Below are positions 17,628 through 26,768 of a stretch of 64,000 nt of DNA, piece by piece. The stretch spans positions 384,001 through 448,000 of the forward strand of contig JAVJNR010000005.1 of NCBI GenBank assembly GCA_040217195.1. The letters are read 5' to 3'. Each line of letters opens with the position of its first letter. Positions within the stretch are counted from its first letter, which is position 1. The stretch comes from Leptospiraceae bacterium. GTDB taxonomy: Bacteria > Spirochaetota > Leptospiria > Leptospirales > Leptonemataceae. Below the pieces are notes generated by a model. The model was not told the origin of the DNA, did no database searches, and saw nothing but the letters and a program-made list of their open reading frames with translations. Both the position numbers and the translations under genes were made by a program.

Positions 17628-18664
17628 TTAATGTTTCCTGTGCTGGATTGTTCCCCCAGAGGAAGCACAACCGACACCTCTGTGCCTTCCCCGGGCGTAG
17701 ATAAGAATCCAAAAATACCATCCAGGTCCTCAGCCCTTCTCTTTAAATTCATCAAACCAAATCCGCCTTTTTCCAGGCTTCTTTTTTTCAGGTCCATAAC
17801 GGAAAACCCGCTGCCATTATCCTTTACCTGTAATACAAGTGCATCGCCCGTATCTTCCAGAAGCACATCTACCCTTGTTGCACCAGAATGGCGAACAATA
17901 TTTGTAAAGATCTCCTGGCACATGCGAAACAGAGGAACGGATATACTGTCCGGGATTTCCCTATGAATATCCACATTCTGGATCACTTCGCATCCTCTGG
18001 GCTCCAGAAAGCTACGCACCAGACGATTGATGGCTGCCTGAAGCCCAATCTCTCGCAAAGAGTTAGGAAATAGGTTTGAGTAGATCTCCCTCAATTCCTG
18101 ACTTGCCTGATCAATCAGCTCCACTCCCTGTTCAAAGCTTCCCCTGCCGGGGTTTTTCCTGGCAGATACAAGATTGATCTTGGCTGCAAGAATCGTCTGA
18201 CCAACTCCATCATGCAGTTCGGCTGCAATTCTCTGACGCTCCTCTTCCTGCACTCGCAGCAGACGAGAGTGCAAAAGATCCACTTCCGCTTCCAGTCGTC
18301 TGATCTCCGAAATATCCTTTATCATCAAAGCAAGGCCATTCTTCAAAGCAAACAGAGAGTAGCCATAGATTTGATTGCCTGCTTCTATCTCTCGATTATC
18401 CAGTCTGGATGTTCCTACGCTTTGAAAACGACGAACATCCGTTAAAAGTTCATCAATGGAATGCTTTTCCCAGGGAAGTACATCCACCAGAGTCTTGCCT
18501 ACAGCCACACCTTCTTCCACGGCGAATTCACTCAAGAAAGTTGGACTGATATAACGAATGGTCTGCCTTTCATCCAGAGCAACCAGTGGTGAAATGAAGG
18601 CCAGCAAATCAGACGGAGAAATAAACTCTGTGTCCACCTGATGATGTTTGCTTGCTATGTTCAT
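17624..18664 (-). CDS. Cytoplasmic PAS sensor histidine kinase (NarX/HisKA_3 type)
   Basis: EEERQRIAAELHDGVGQ, QEIFTNIVRHS, DNGSGF, GFGLMNL. No TM segment. ATGA overlap with the regulator. Confidence 0.93.
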   Translation of the reverse strand: MNIASKHHQVDTEFISPSDLLAFISPLVALDERQTIRYISPTFLSEFAVEEGVAVGKTLVDVLPWEKHSIDELLTDVRRFQSVGTSRLDNREIEAGNQIYGYSLFALKNGLALMIKDISEIRRLEAEVDLLHSRLLRVQEEERQRIAAELHDGVGQTILAAKINLVSARKNPGRGSFEQGVELIDQASQELREIYSNLFPNSLREIGLQAAINRLVRSFLEPRGCEVIQNVDIHREIPDSISVPLFRMCQEIFTNIVRHSGATRVDVLLEDTGDALVLQVKDNGSGFSVMDLKKRSLEKGGFGLMNLKRRAEDLDGIFGFLSTPGEGTEVSVVLPLGEQSSTGNIK

Positions 18665-18724
18665 CTGGTAAAGAAAAAAGAGCTGGCTCCCTGAGGAGCC
18701 AGCGCAGCCCGCTTCTTCTGAAGT

Positions 18725-20080
18725 CTAATTCGCCGGAAACACAAATTCGGCCACCGATGAATCATACCAGCTCTGAGATGTACTACCTGCGGACAAATAC
18801 CAGTCATCAAATTCCGGATATCCGTCATGGATGTTTGCACGCTCATACGGCCATTGCCAGTAATCCGGAACCATCAGCGCCCATGGGAAGCCAGCACTGT
18901 CGATGTATTTATCCGATCCATCTTCATGGAAAAAGCGTCCTGCAAAGTGAATCTCATGTCCTGTGTTCAACACCTTGATAAACAGATCATAGGGAGCTTT
19001 GCCCAGGGTTTGCAGTGCAACCGGTGTAGAGGGAAGAAAGGTAAACTCAGCACTGTGACCTGGTGCAAAGGTCTGTCCCGGTGCAGTGTTCGATGAGCTA
19101 ATAGTCAGGTTGCTGCGCCCCAGAAGCTCAACGGCAATCCCGGAGGCAATGGTCAGATCCTGTTTATCCAGTTCTGCCCCGCTGGCATCCTTGCGCACCA
19201 GAGTGGCCTCACCGGAAATCCCGGCCGGAAGGGCCAGGTGCAATGTATGATCGTAACCGGCCCCTTTGGCTATGTGCGTATAAAAGGATCTCAGCTCAAC
19301 CATTTTGCCAGAAGCATTCAGATCCTGCTCATGATACACCTGCACTACATAGTCATTGAAGTCTGCATCGCCCCGTTTGGGATAAAGGTCTTCGTAAGCC
19401 ACTCGATAGAATCCTTCTGCCGGGATTCGAATTACTGTGGCCCGATCCGGATCATTGGGATAATCGTCTTCATTGTCTGGAACGCCATCACCATCCGCAT
19501 CGGCCACTTCCTGGACGTCTGCTCGAACCTTTACAACAACCGTAATGGTTGCCTGCACAACCTGGGTAATATCCAGATCAATGTACAACGTCTGCCCATT
19601 GTATTCCACCTCGATAACCGCGGAATTCTCATCCTGATTTACCGTGACCACTCCGGTGGCATTACCTTCTTCATTAGTAACCGCCCGGAAAAGTACCCGG
19701 TCCCCTTCCGGATTTCGAATCAGTACACGAGTTCCTTCCACTCCTCCATCCGGATCCTCTACCAGGATCTCCACTGGAATGGACTTGTTCGTTTCAAAAA
19801 CAAAGTCTCCTGTACCCTGCTGAATATTATCAATTTCATAACTAAAAGGAATTTCGGAAATGTTGCCCTCCCCCGAGGTTGTATCCGAGGTTCCATTGGC
19901 CAGCCCCAGAAGCCAGGCGAGGTTTGGATCTTCCGATGAGTTACAGCTTGCCAGACCAGCAACCAGCATTACCGTTAATACCAGCTTGCCTGCCCGGACG
20001 CCCACTTTTCGCATTCTATCTTTTTTCACTACCGGTTCCATAATAGTGTCAGTATACACCTGACTACCGGAATGCTGCAA
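18725..20080 (-). CDS. LruC-domain (DUF4842) lipoprotein (start probably ATG 20041 or 20014)
   Basis: Lipobox AGLASC; Ca-binding-like DADGDGVPDNEDDYPNDP; YEDLYP..GDADFNDYVV; PYDLFI..EIH; FPWAL.VP..W.WPYE..I..YP.F..W. Confidence 0.85.
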   Translation of the reverse strand: MQHSGSQVYTDTIMEPVVKKDRMRKVGVRAGKLVLTVMLVAGLASCNSSEDPNLAWLLGLANGTSDTTSGEGNISEIPFSYEIDNIQQGTGDFVFETNKSIPVEILVEDPDGGVEGTRVLIRNPEGDRVLFRAVTNEEGNATGVVTVNQDENSAVIEVEYNGQTLYIDLDITQVVQATITVVVKVRADVQEVADADGDGVPDNEDDYPNDPDRATVIRIPAEGFYRVAYEDLYPKRGDADFNDYVVQVYHEQDLNASGKMVELRSFYTHIAKGAGYDHTLHLALPAGISGEATLVRKDASGAELDKQDLTIASGIAVELLGRSNLTISSSNTAPGQTFAPGHSAEFTFLPSTPVALQTLGKAPYDLFIKVLNTGHEIHFAGRFFHEDGSDKYIDSAGFPWALMVPDYWQWPYERANIHDGYPEFDDWYLSAGSTSQSWYDSSVAEFVFPAN

Positions 20081-20123
20081 TAGTACGGGGGGACTAAATT
20101 TTAAGCCCCCGGGGAGTAGTTTT

Positions 20124-20903
20124 TTAAAGAGAAAGGACTAATCCGTCAAAAGCAGGCTCTGCAAAGCCCGGACGCTCTAGATTGAGTTTCTGAACCTTCT
20201 CGGCCAGAGAATCATAGATATGGCTGACCACCAGACGTCTGGTTTGGATGCTATGTCGGTGCTGTATCAGTTCTGCCAGAGAAACATGGGCCACACTTGG
20301 ATTTTTCGGATCCGGTTGATCCTCTATGCTAAGCTCCACAATACACAGGTCAGTGTTTTCCAGGGCTTGAAGCAATAGATCGTCCAGGGCCGCATCTCCG
20401 CTAAAAGCAAACACTTTGCCAGAAGGATAGACTAACCTGAGAGCCACACTTTCTGGACGATGGGTAACCGGCCTTGTCTCAATGGTGGCTCCCAGAAAGG
20501 ATAGACTGTCTTGAGAGGCCAGCTCCCTGAAATATAGAGGAAAGTCCAGTTCCATTCCCGGATACATTTGCTCCATCAGGGCCCGGACCGCCGATTCCAC
20601 ACCCTGAGGACCCAGTATCCAGAATGGCTCTTTTCTTTTATCAATGTATTTGAAATGGATGAGCAAAAATGGAAGACCGCCAATATGATCGCCGTGGAAG
20701 TGAGTGAGAAACAGGCTTTGAATACTGGATGGAGCAATCTTTTCCTGATTCATTCTCATCAGAGAGCTGGCTCCGTAGTCCACAAGCATACGTATGTTGC
20801 CCGAGCCGGAAGGATCCGGCCAGCTTGTTAGATAGCATGCATGGGCACGACCATCCGTGAAAAATGCATTTCCGGATCCCAGAATCAAAACTTGTTCGGA
20901 CAT
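20124..20903 (-). CDS. MBL-fold metallo-hydrolase (RNase Z/BN-like phosphodiesterase family)
   Basis: LGSGNAF, THFHGDHIGG, VTH, FSGD, AH and VVSHI. Confidence 0.9.
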   Translation of the reverse strand: MSEQVLILGSGNAFFTDGRAHACYLTSWPDPSGSGNIRMLVDYGASSLMRMNQEKIAPSSIQSLFLTHFHGDHIGGLPFLLIHFKYIDKRKEPFWILGPQGVESAVRALMEQMYPGMELDFPLYFRELASQDSLSFLGATIETRPVTHRPESVALRLVYPSGKVFAFSGDAALDDLLLQALENTDLCIVELSIEDQPDPKNPSVAHVSLAELIQHRHSIQTRRLVVSHIYDSLAEKVQKLNLERPGFAEPAFDGLVLSL

Positions 20904-20948
20904 GGTTGCTCCTGCTGCAAATTACGAAGCCACCGGACTGCCGGGACG

Positions 20949-22700
20949 TCAGGGCTCGGAATGCGGATTGAGTATGGCTTCCTGTATTAGATCGGCATAC
21001 CGGGGTGCCATACGCAGCATTCCAAAGTAAGTAAAGTGATGCGGATCGGCAAAGTACTGCATGGGTAATTCCTGGTGCATATCGGCAAAACCGGATCCAT
21101 GTTCCTTCGCTAAATAGAGCTTCATATCCTGAAAGTACTGGCTGTGTTCGAATACAGCACTTTCCACTGGATTCTCTGGATTCAAAATAAGAAGCATCGG
21201 TGCATTTAATTTATTTCGCACATCCTTAAGTCTTTTAAGTTGATACACTGGCTCAAAGCTCTGGGCGGGTAGAAATGTTTTAACAATTCGCAGATTATTA
21301 AACGGAATCAGGGCCGGTCGATGCCTCCAGTTCTCTGGTTGAATTCTTTCCATGTAATCTTCAATATACTCAAGATCGCTTAGCTCAGTTAATCTCTGAT
21401 CCTCCAGAAACCATCTACGATGCTGTACCTGATCTACCGGGGCCTGTTCCAATCCGAATTGACCTGGCATTCGCAGTCCTTCGCCATACATTCGATTGTT
21501 ATCATCCACCGGCTGCACAGAATTCTTCCAGACCACATGGCTTAGCTTCAGACGAATCCAGCCTGTTCTTTCTTCTTCGTTGAGTGAGATTCGCTTCCAA
21601 CCTGGAGCATCTGGTATGTAATGTCTGGATCTCAGAATTGCACTTTTCACCTGACAGGGATCTTTGAAAAACATGGTCCTCTGTATAAGTTCATCCTTTA
21701 GAAGTGCAGGAGGATAGATGTAGGATTCTTCCCAGTGAGGTTGCCATAGCTTGATAAGTTCGTCGTTTACCTGCAGCAATTCATCTGCATCCAGCCATTC
21801 CATTTCAATTTTGAAATCGGGACTAAATAACTCAGGCGGAATCTCAAAGGTAAGTTCACCGTCTGCGTATTTCGCAGGAAAGGCTACGCATCCGGAAGTC
21901 TTGCCTTCACGGTACAGTCCGCCGGCCAGAGGCTTTCCTTGATAATATATGTAGCTCCTTAGCGGGGAATCTTTCTGGGCCTTTCGATTGAACTCCAGGG
22001 CATCCCACCACTGACCGGAAAATCGAATACCGGCCAGAAGTCCGCTCATGATTCCGGAGGCCATTTCAGTTGGTGTTAGACGATTGGCATGTTCTATAGC
22101 AAAGGAAGCCGGATAGAATCTCTGGGCCGGAACTCTCTGTTTTAGAAATTCGAAATGAGCGCCTGAATCGAAACCAGGACCTGGAATATGAGGAGGCACC
22201 AGATGCTCCAGATCCAGGTCAACCAGAGCCAGCGGATAAACCACCAGATCCGGATTCATTTCATTGATCCGCGATGCGTAATGATAGGCATCTTCAGGCA
22301 TCAACGCCGCATGAGAGATTAGCTCCACTTTTACCGGACGATTCAGCCGAGACTGCAGCAACTGCTCCAGTAACTCAGCCTGTATGGAATACCTGGCAAT
22401 ACTGGAACCCAGCACCACAATTCGAATCGCTCCAGGATTCCCTTTGTTTTCGGTTTCTTCAGAATTCGAAGTAACTTCCAGAATTGGATAATTGGAATCA
22501 CTGGCTATGGACTTTTCCGCATATCGAAAGTTCCATTCAAAGTTGTACCATCGGTAAGAATCCCAGCCACTGTGGTTTGCGGGCTGAAAGATAAGATAAT
22601 CAAACGCAAATCGATCCAGGCAAACGGTGGATGCCAGAAAAATGAGAATCCAGATGAGAGTCTTGCCACCGGGCATGGAGCAAGGCTGATCCAGGGCCAT
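20949..22700 (-). CDS. Membrane-anchored SGNH-like (DltD/AlgJ-type) hypothetical protein
   Basis: N-terminal TM, IVVLGSS block and a C-terminal FADPHHFT (DxxH). Confidence 0.55.
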   Translation of the reverse strand: MALDQPCSMPGGKTLIWILIFLASTVCLDRFAFDYLIFQPANHSGWDSYRWYNFEWNFRYAEKSIASDSNYPILEVTSNSEETENKGNPGAIRIVVLGSSIARYSIQAELLEQLLQSRLNRPVKVELISHAALMPEDAYHYASRINEMNPDLVVYPLALVDLDLEHLVPPHIPGPGFDSGAHFEFLKQRVPAQRFYPASFAIEHANRLTPTEMASGIMSGLLAGIRFSGQWWDALEFNRKAQKDSPLRSYIYYQGKPLAGGLYREGKTSGCVAFPAKYADGELTFEIPPELFSPDFKIEMEWLDADELLQVNDELIKLWQPHWEESYIYPPALLKDELIQRTMFFKDPCQVKSAILRSRHYIPDAPGWKRISLNEEERTGWIRLKLSHVVWKNSVQPVDDNNRMYGEGLRMPGQFGLEQAPVDQVQHRRWFLEDQRLTELSDLEYIEDYMERIQPENWRHRPALIPFNNLRIVKTFLPAQSFEPVYQLKRLKDVRNKLNAPMLLILNPENPVESAVFEHSQYFQDMKLYLAKEHGSGFADMHQELPMQYFADPHHFTYFGMLRMAPRYADLIQEAILNPHSEP

Positions 22701-22716
22701 TCTATGTCATTCAATA

Positions 22717-23886
22717 TCAGGTACGGAAGGGACGTCCTTCCAGAAGGAGCGCCTTTCCAAGACCCCGGTAGCGCATCCAGGCCGAGGCCCTCTGTCCTGA
22801 GTCCTCCAGACGTTCGTAGAGCTCTTTCATTTCGGAATCCAGCATATGGGCCGGACAGAGCAATAAACGGTCCCTGTCTTGCAGATGACCGCGGGAGACT
22901 CGCCACCGGTAAGGAGGGAAGCTCTGATAATACTCTTTTAAATCCGGTAGTTTCCTGGCCGGGGAGCCATGACGGATTAATATAGGAGCAAGCCCAAATC
23001 CGCAGAACTGGAGCTCTCCAGTATCCGATAGACTGAGGCTCAGCCCGTGGATGTCCCTGGGGGCTGCCACTCGAATCTGTTCCAGATATCCTTCCACTGG
23101 ATCATCATGATTGCCCAGGGCATCGAACATGGAGCCCAGAAAGTCATTGGATATTTCCTCATGACTGGAAAACAAAAATACCCTTAGATGATCGGAACCA
23201 TACTTGATAAAAAACTTAAAGGAACGATTGCCCCGGGTGGAACCCAGAAGTGCATATCTGCAGTATCCCTGGTCTTTCCAGGGAATGTCCTGCACCTCTG
23301 GTTCAGCGGATCCAGCATGCTCCTCGGATAATGAGAACGGTTGCTCCAGAGCCTGGCTGGTTCTGGACCGGACAGACATAGCCTCGGGCGAATCCTGCCA
23401 GCCTTCCGGCCCTCCTTCTGCAAGCAAAGTGAAGGGTAGTTTTTCTTTTCCTCCCAGCAGTCGCTCCAGGGGAGGTCTTTCCGGGGCCCAGAATAGATAG
23501 AAAAGAGGCTGGCTTCCGGGCTCCACGTTATGGCTTAGATTGAGCTGGCCCGGTCGGAATATTGCGAAATCGTCTGGTTTTCGTCCGCAGGCTCTTAGAT
23601 GATCCTTCAGGTCCCGAATGTATTCCTGGCTGGAAACGCTGGACTCATTTCGCCTGCGGTATATTAAACCAGCTCTGCATTTCTTTCGATCACCCAGCAA
23701 CAGTCCACCTTCACGATGCAACCAGCCCAGCTCATTTAAGCGATTCAGTATTCGAGGAGGTAAGGATTGCTCTTCTTTCCATTCCAGATTACGGATGCCA
23801 GCCCATTGCTTGAGTATCTGCGAAACAGGAAGGCTTTTGAGCAAGAATCTCTGCAGCGAAGTAGTATGGGCTCCGTCAGGAATCAT
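22717..23886 (-). CDS. Hypothetical protein with degenerate SpoIIE/PP2C-like C-terminal domain
   Basis: Long ORF with ATGA coupling to the upstream cNMP gene. Pattern GELQFCGFGLAPILIRHG...LQDRDRLLLCPAHMLD resembles PP2C motifs but lacks the DG residues. Confidence 0.55.
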   Translation of the reverse strand: MIPDGAHTTSLQRFLLKSLPVSQILKQWAGIRNLEWKEEQSLPPRILNRLNELGWLHREGGLLLGDRKKCRAGLIYRRRNESSVSSQEYIRDLKDHLRACGRKPDDFAIFRPGQLNLSHNVEPGSQPLFYLFWAPERPPLERLLGGKEKLPFTLLAEGGPEGWQDSPEAMSVRSRTSQALEQPFSLSEEHAGSAEPEVQDIPWKDQGYCRYALLGSTRGNRSFKFFIKYGSDHLRVFLFSSHEEISNDFLGSMFDALGNHDDPVEGYLEQIRVAAPRDIHGLSLSLSDTGELQFCGFGLAPILIRHGSPARKLPDLKEYYQSFPPYRWRVSRGHLQDRDRLLLCPAHMLDSEMKELYERLEDSGQRASAWMRYRGLGKALLLEGRPFRT

Positions 23887-24335
23887 TGATTCTGACTGCC
23901 CCGATAATAACCTTCTACCTGACGAAATGCACTCTGCACCCGACGGCCCAGAGCTACCAGAATCTTAAAGGCCCATCTGGGATGACTTTGAAAGATCTTT
24001 TCGAAGTTTTCCTGAGTCAGAGAAAGTAGTTTGGTAGGGCTTGCGGCGATGAGCGTGGCAGACCGTGGAGCATTTTCCAGCATGGCCATCTCTCCGAATA
24101 TCTCGCCGGGACCAAGACTGTTTAGAACTCGGTATTTTCCCTGATTCACCCGTTCGGTGACCACAACCTTACCTGCTATAATTAAATAGACTTCATTTCC
24201 CTTATCCCCTTCTCGGAGGATAATCTGCCTGGCCTGGAAAGTTCGACCGTATTTAAAGAATAGGTCTGCAGTTATGGCCTGCTCACCCTCAAATCCAAGC
24301 TTGATTAGATCATAGTCATGATTGTTAATATTCAT
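23883..24335 (-). CDS. Stand-alone cyclic nucleotide-binding domain protein
   Basis: ILREGDKGNEVYLIIAGKV..LGPGEIFGEMAML..PRSAT; no HTH. Confidence 0.93.
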   Translation of the reverse strand: MNINNHDYDLIKLGFEGEQAITADLFFKYGRTFQARQIILREGDKGNEVYLIIAGKVVVTERVNQGKYRVLNSLGPGEIFGEMAMLENAPRSATLIAASPTKLLSLTQENFEKIFQSHPRWAFKILVALGRRVQSAFRQVEGYYRGSQNQ

Positions 24336-24733
24336 GCCCCGGCCCCCTGATAGGGAAGCTCTTTGATATGTCCATTTATCTGACGCAGCATTTTGCTGAG
24401 CACTCGAATAGATTGCAGAGCAAAGGAAATGTCGGATACCATCGCTCGCTCAAACTGCACTTTGCTAAATCCCAGAGCCCGGACTCCGGTGCGAGCCACA
24501 GCATCGGTAATTCTGGCTGTACCAAGATACACCTCCAGCATCCCAAACAAATCGCCTTTGGTCAGATCAAAATTTTCCATCTTAAGTGGAGTATATTTTC
24601 GCATGACCCGCACATCGCCCTCCAGAATTAAATAGGCGCACGGATCTCCGATGGTATAGTCCATCTCATAAATTTTCTCGCCAGAACGGAATTCCACCGG
24701 CTGGCTAAGCTCTGTCAGTAAATCAAAATCCAT
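24332..24733 (-). CDS. Stand-alone cyclic nucleotide-binding domain protein (divergent)
   Basis: FRSGEKIY..AYLILEGDVRV..GDLFGMLE..ARITDAVA; no HTH. Confidence 0.85.
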   Translation of the reverse strand: MDFDLLTELSQPVEFRSGEKIYEMDYTIGDPCAYLILEGDVRVMRKYTPLKMENFDLTKGDLFGMLEVYLGTARITDAVARTGVRALGFSKVQFERAMVSDISFALQSIRVLSKMLRQINGHIKELPYQGAGA

Positions 24734-24943
24734 TATTTGTTCCCGAGCCCTGCTTGTTTCCCGGCCTGCAACTGACCGCTGACCTCTGAATTGCTTCCGG
24801 GCTCATACTTCTATGCCAGGGATTGGCTGGTATGACAACAGGAATATCTACATTAGTCCAAAGAAACTACGGGGCTTCTAATAGTATCGGATCATTGAAA
24901 ATCTTCGCTTTACCTGCCATGGTGGAAAATAATTCATTCCGCA

Positions 24944-25978
24944 ATGGCCTCCCGCAAGCCAACCTTTGATGATTGTTACCAGGCTTTGCCTGAATTGACG
25001 CCACCCCGCAACCTGGACAAGTTCTGGCAGGATCTTATTCTGAATTTGAAGAGGCTTCCTGTGGAGCCACAGCAGAAATTGGTGCTGAAGAAGTCCTTTG
25101 GAAAGGAAAGTCTGAGCGACATAGCATTTCAGAGCCTGGGCCCCACGGTAATTCGAGGCCAGCTATTTCTGCCCCGACGCCGGGGCAAAGCTCCGGTGGT
25201 AATCCACTTTCCAGATTACGACGAAAAGGCCAGTTTTCCCGGAGCCGTAAAAGATTACAGCCGATCTCTCACCGAAAAGGGCATAGCATTATTATCCGTT
25301 AACCTCAGAAAACCACCGGAAACAACCAGGGTGGTTCGAACAACCGCTACCACAACCAGAGCCAGCGGATCTCATTCCGGGGCAGCTACAGCAACCAGTA
25401 CAGCGGCTGTGGAGGTCCCGGTTCCTCCTCTGCTGGCCATGGGTCTGGACCCGATTGAGAAGAGCTATCTGGCTCATTGTTATCTGGATGCATTACGGGC
25501 CGTGGATTTTCTCAGACTTCAAAAAGGAATCGATAGCGGTAAGATTGCACTTCTGGGCAGAGGCCTGGGGGCCGCCATGGCCTCTTTTGTGGCCCATATG
25601 CGAAAGGAATCCGTAGTGGGCCTTAGCCTGGAAAGGCCTTCTCCGGCCTGGATTTCCAGATGGCTGGATGACTCCACAGGTTCCATGGCGGAGCAAATCC
25701 GGGAAATGATGCGGCAAAAATCCGGATCCAGGGCCAAATGGAAAAAAAGCCTGGAGTTATTGGATCCCATTAACTGGGCACAGTCCATTCAGGTTCCGGT
25801 GCTTTTCTCTGCCGGGCTGGAAGATCGGGTGCATCCTCCCATGTCCGTTTTTGGATTCTTCAATCATCTTCAGACTGAAAAAGCAATGCAGTTTTTCACA
25901 GATGAAGAGCAGGATCCCACAGGTAAAAAAGAGAGATTAACGTCCCTGGACTTTCTGGTTGAGCAATTAAACCCCTGA
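24944..25978 (+). CDS. Acetylxylan esterase (AXE1/CE7)-like alpha/beta hydrolase homologue, catalytic residues apparently lost
   Basis: PPRNLDKFW, F.SLG..IRG.LFLP, YLDALRAVDFL..ID..KIALLG, GLED.VHPP; the nucleophile elbow reads GRGLG. Confidence 0.8.
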   Translation: MASRKPTFDDCYQALPELTPPRNLDKFWQDLILNLKRLPVEPQQKLVLKKSFGKESLSDIAFQSLGPTVIRGQLFLPRRRGKAPVVIHFPDYDEKASFPGAVKDYSRSLTEKGIALLSVNLRKPPETTRVVRTTATTTRASGSHSGAATATSTAAVEVPVPPLLAMGLDPIEKSYLAHCYLDALRAVDFLRLQKGIDSGKIALLGRGLGAAMASFVAHMRKESVVGLSLERPSPAWISRWLDDSTGSMAEQIREMMRQKSGSRAKWKKSLELLDPINWAQSIQVPVLFSAGLEDRVHPPMSVFGFFNHLQTEKAMQFFTDEEQDPTGKKERLTSLDFLVEQLNP

Positions 25979-26168
25979 GTTTCTCTGCCGATCTGTGGAC
26001 GCAGAACCTCTCAACCGCGCCAGTTTTGCCCTCCGGATTGCCTCCACCCTTAGAAATGGGGCGCCTTACTTGCGGATTTCAAGGGCCATTCAAGTCTCCA
26101 ATCTAATTTACCAAAGAGCCCTAATTTGCTTTACACAACCAGCGGTGCTTCGAGATTGACCCTGAATT

Positions 26169-26480
26169 ATGGAAGAACGACAAAACAGCGGCTATCAGGG
26201 CGGAGATCGCAACTCTGATTCTGATGATAAACGACGAGGCGGTCCTGGAGGCCGACCCGGTGGTGGCGGCGGCGGTGGCCGATACCGCAAGCGTGTACTG
26301 GACACCAGAAATATTACCATCGATTATAAGAATCCCGAGACTCTGGAAAGATTCATTTCCAAGACTGGAAAGATTCTGCCCAGAAGAATGACTGGTGCCA
26401 CGGCCAGAGTTCAACGCCAGATTGCTCGAGAGATCAAGCGAGCTCGAATGATTAACCTGCTCCCTTTCTCCAAACGATAA
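26169..26480 (+). CDS. rpsR: 30S ribosomal protein S18 (Cys-less) with Gly/Arg-rich N-terminal extension
   Basis: [24 protein letters not shown]...[16 protein letters not shown]. Confidence 0.95.
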   Translation: MEERQNSGYQGGDRNSDSDDKRRGGPGGRPGGGGGGGRYRKRVLDTRNITIDYKNPETLERFISKTGKILPRRMTGATARVQRQIAREIKRARMINLLPFSKR

Positions 26481-26527
26481 CTTAAATGTCCATCAGGCTT
26501 TCCAGATTTTACGAAAAGCCTTGCAAG

Positions 26528-26555
26528 AAGCATCCCACCTGTGGGATGCTTTTTT
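26528..26555 (+). terminator. Intrinsic terminator downstream of rpsR
   Basis: Perfect inverted repeat AAGCATCCCA-CCTG-TGGGATGCTT followed by a T run. Confidence 0.85.
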
Positions 26556-26768
26556 ATTGTATACCCCTGTGGAATATCCTAACGGATAACAGGCTTCCCA
26601 TGCACCGTTCAGGTATGACAGGCACCGCACAATCCCGTCCAGGGTCTTCCCCTGAAAGGAATACGATTTTCATTTTTCGGCTGACTGGATGGTCGCAGAA
26701 CCATATCTTCTTCAATACAGGGAAGCAAAAGAACTACCATCGCCCTTACCTAATTCAGGAGCCATAAT

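Noticed and set aside
24884..24912. Sigma28-like TAAA-N17-TCCGATAC upstream of the cNMP operon
   Set aside because: The spacer is longer than the usual 15-16 nt and the -10 is imperfect; this could be chance.
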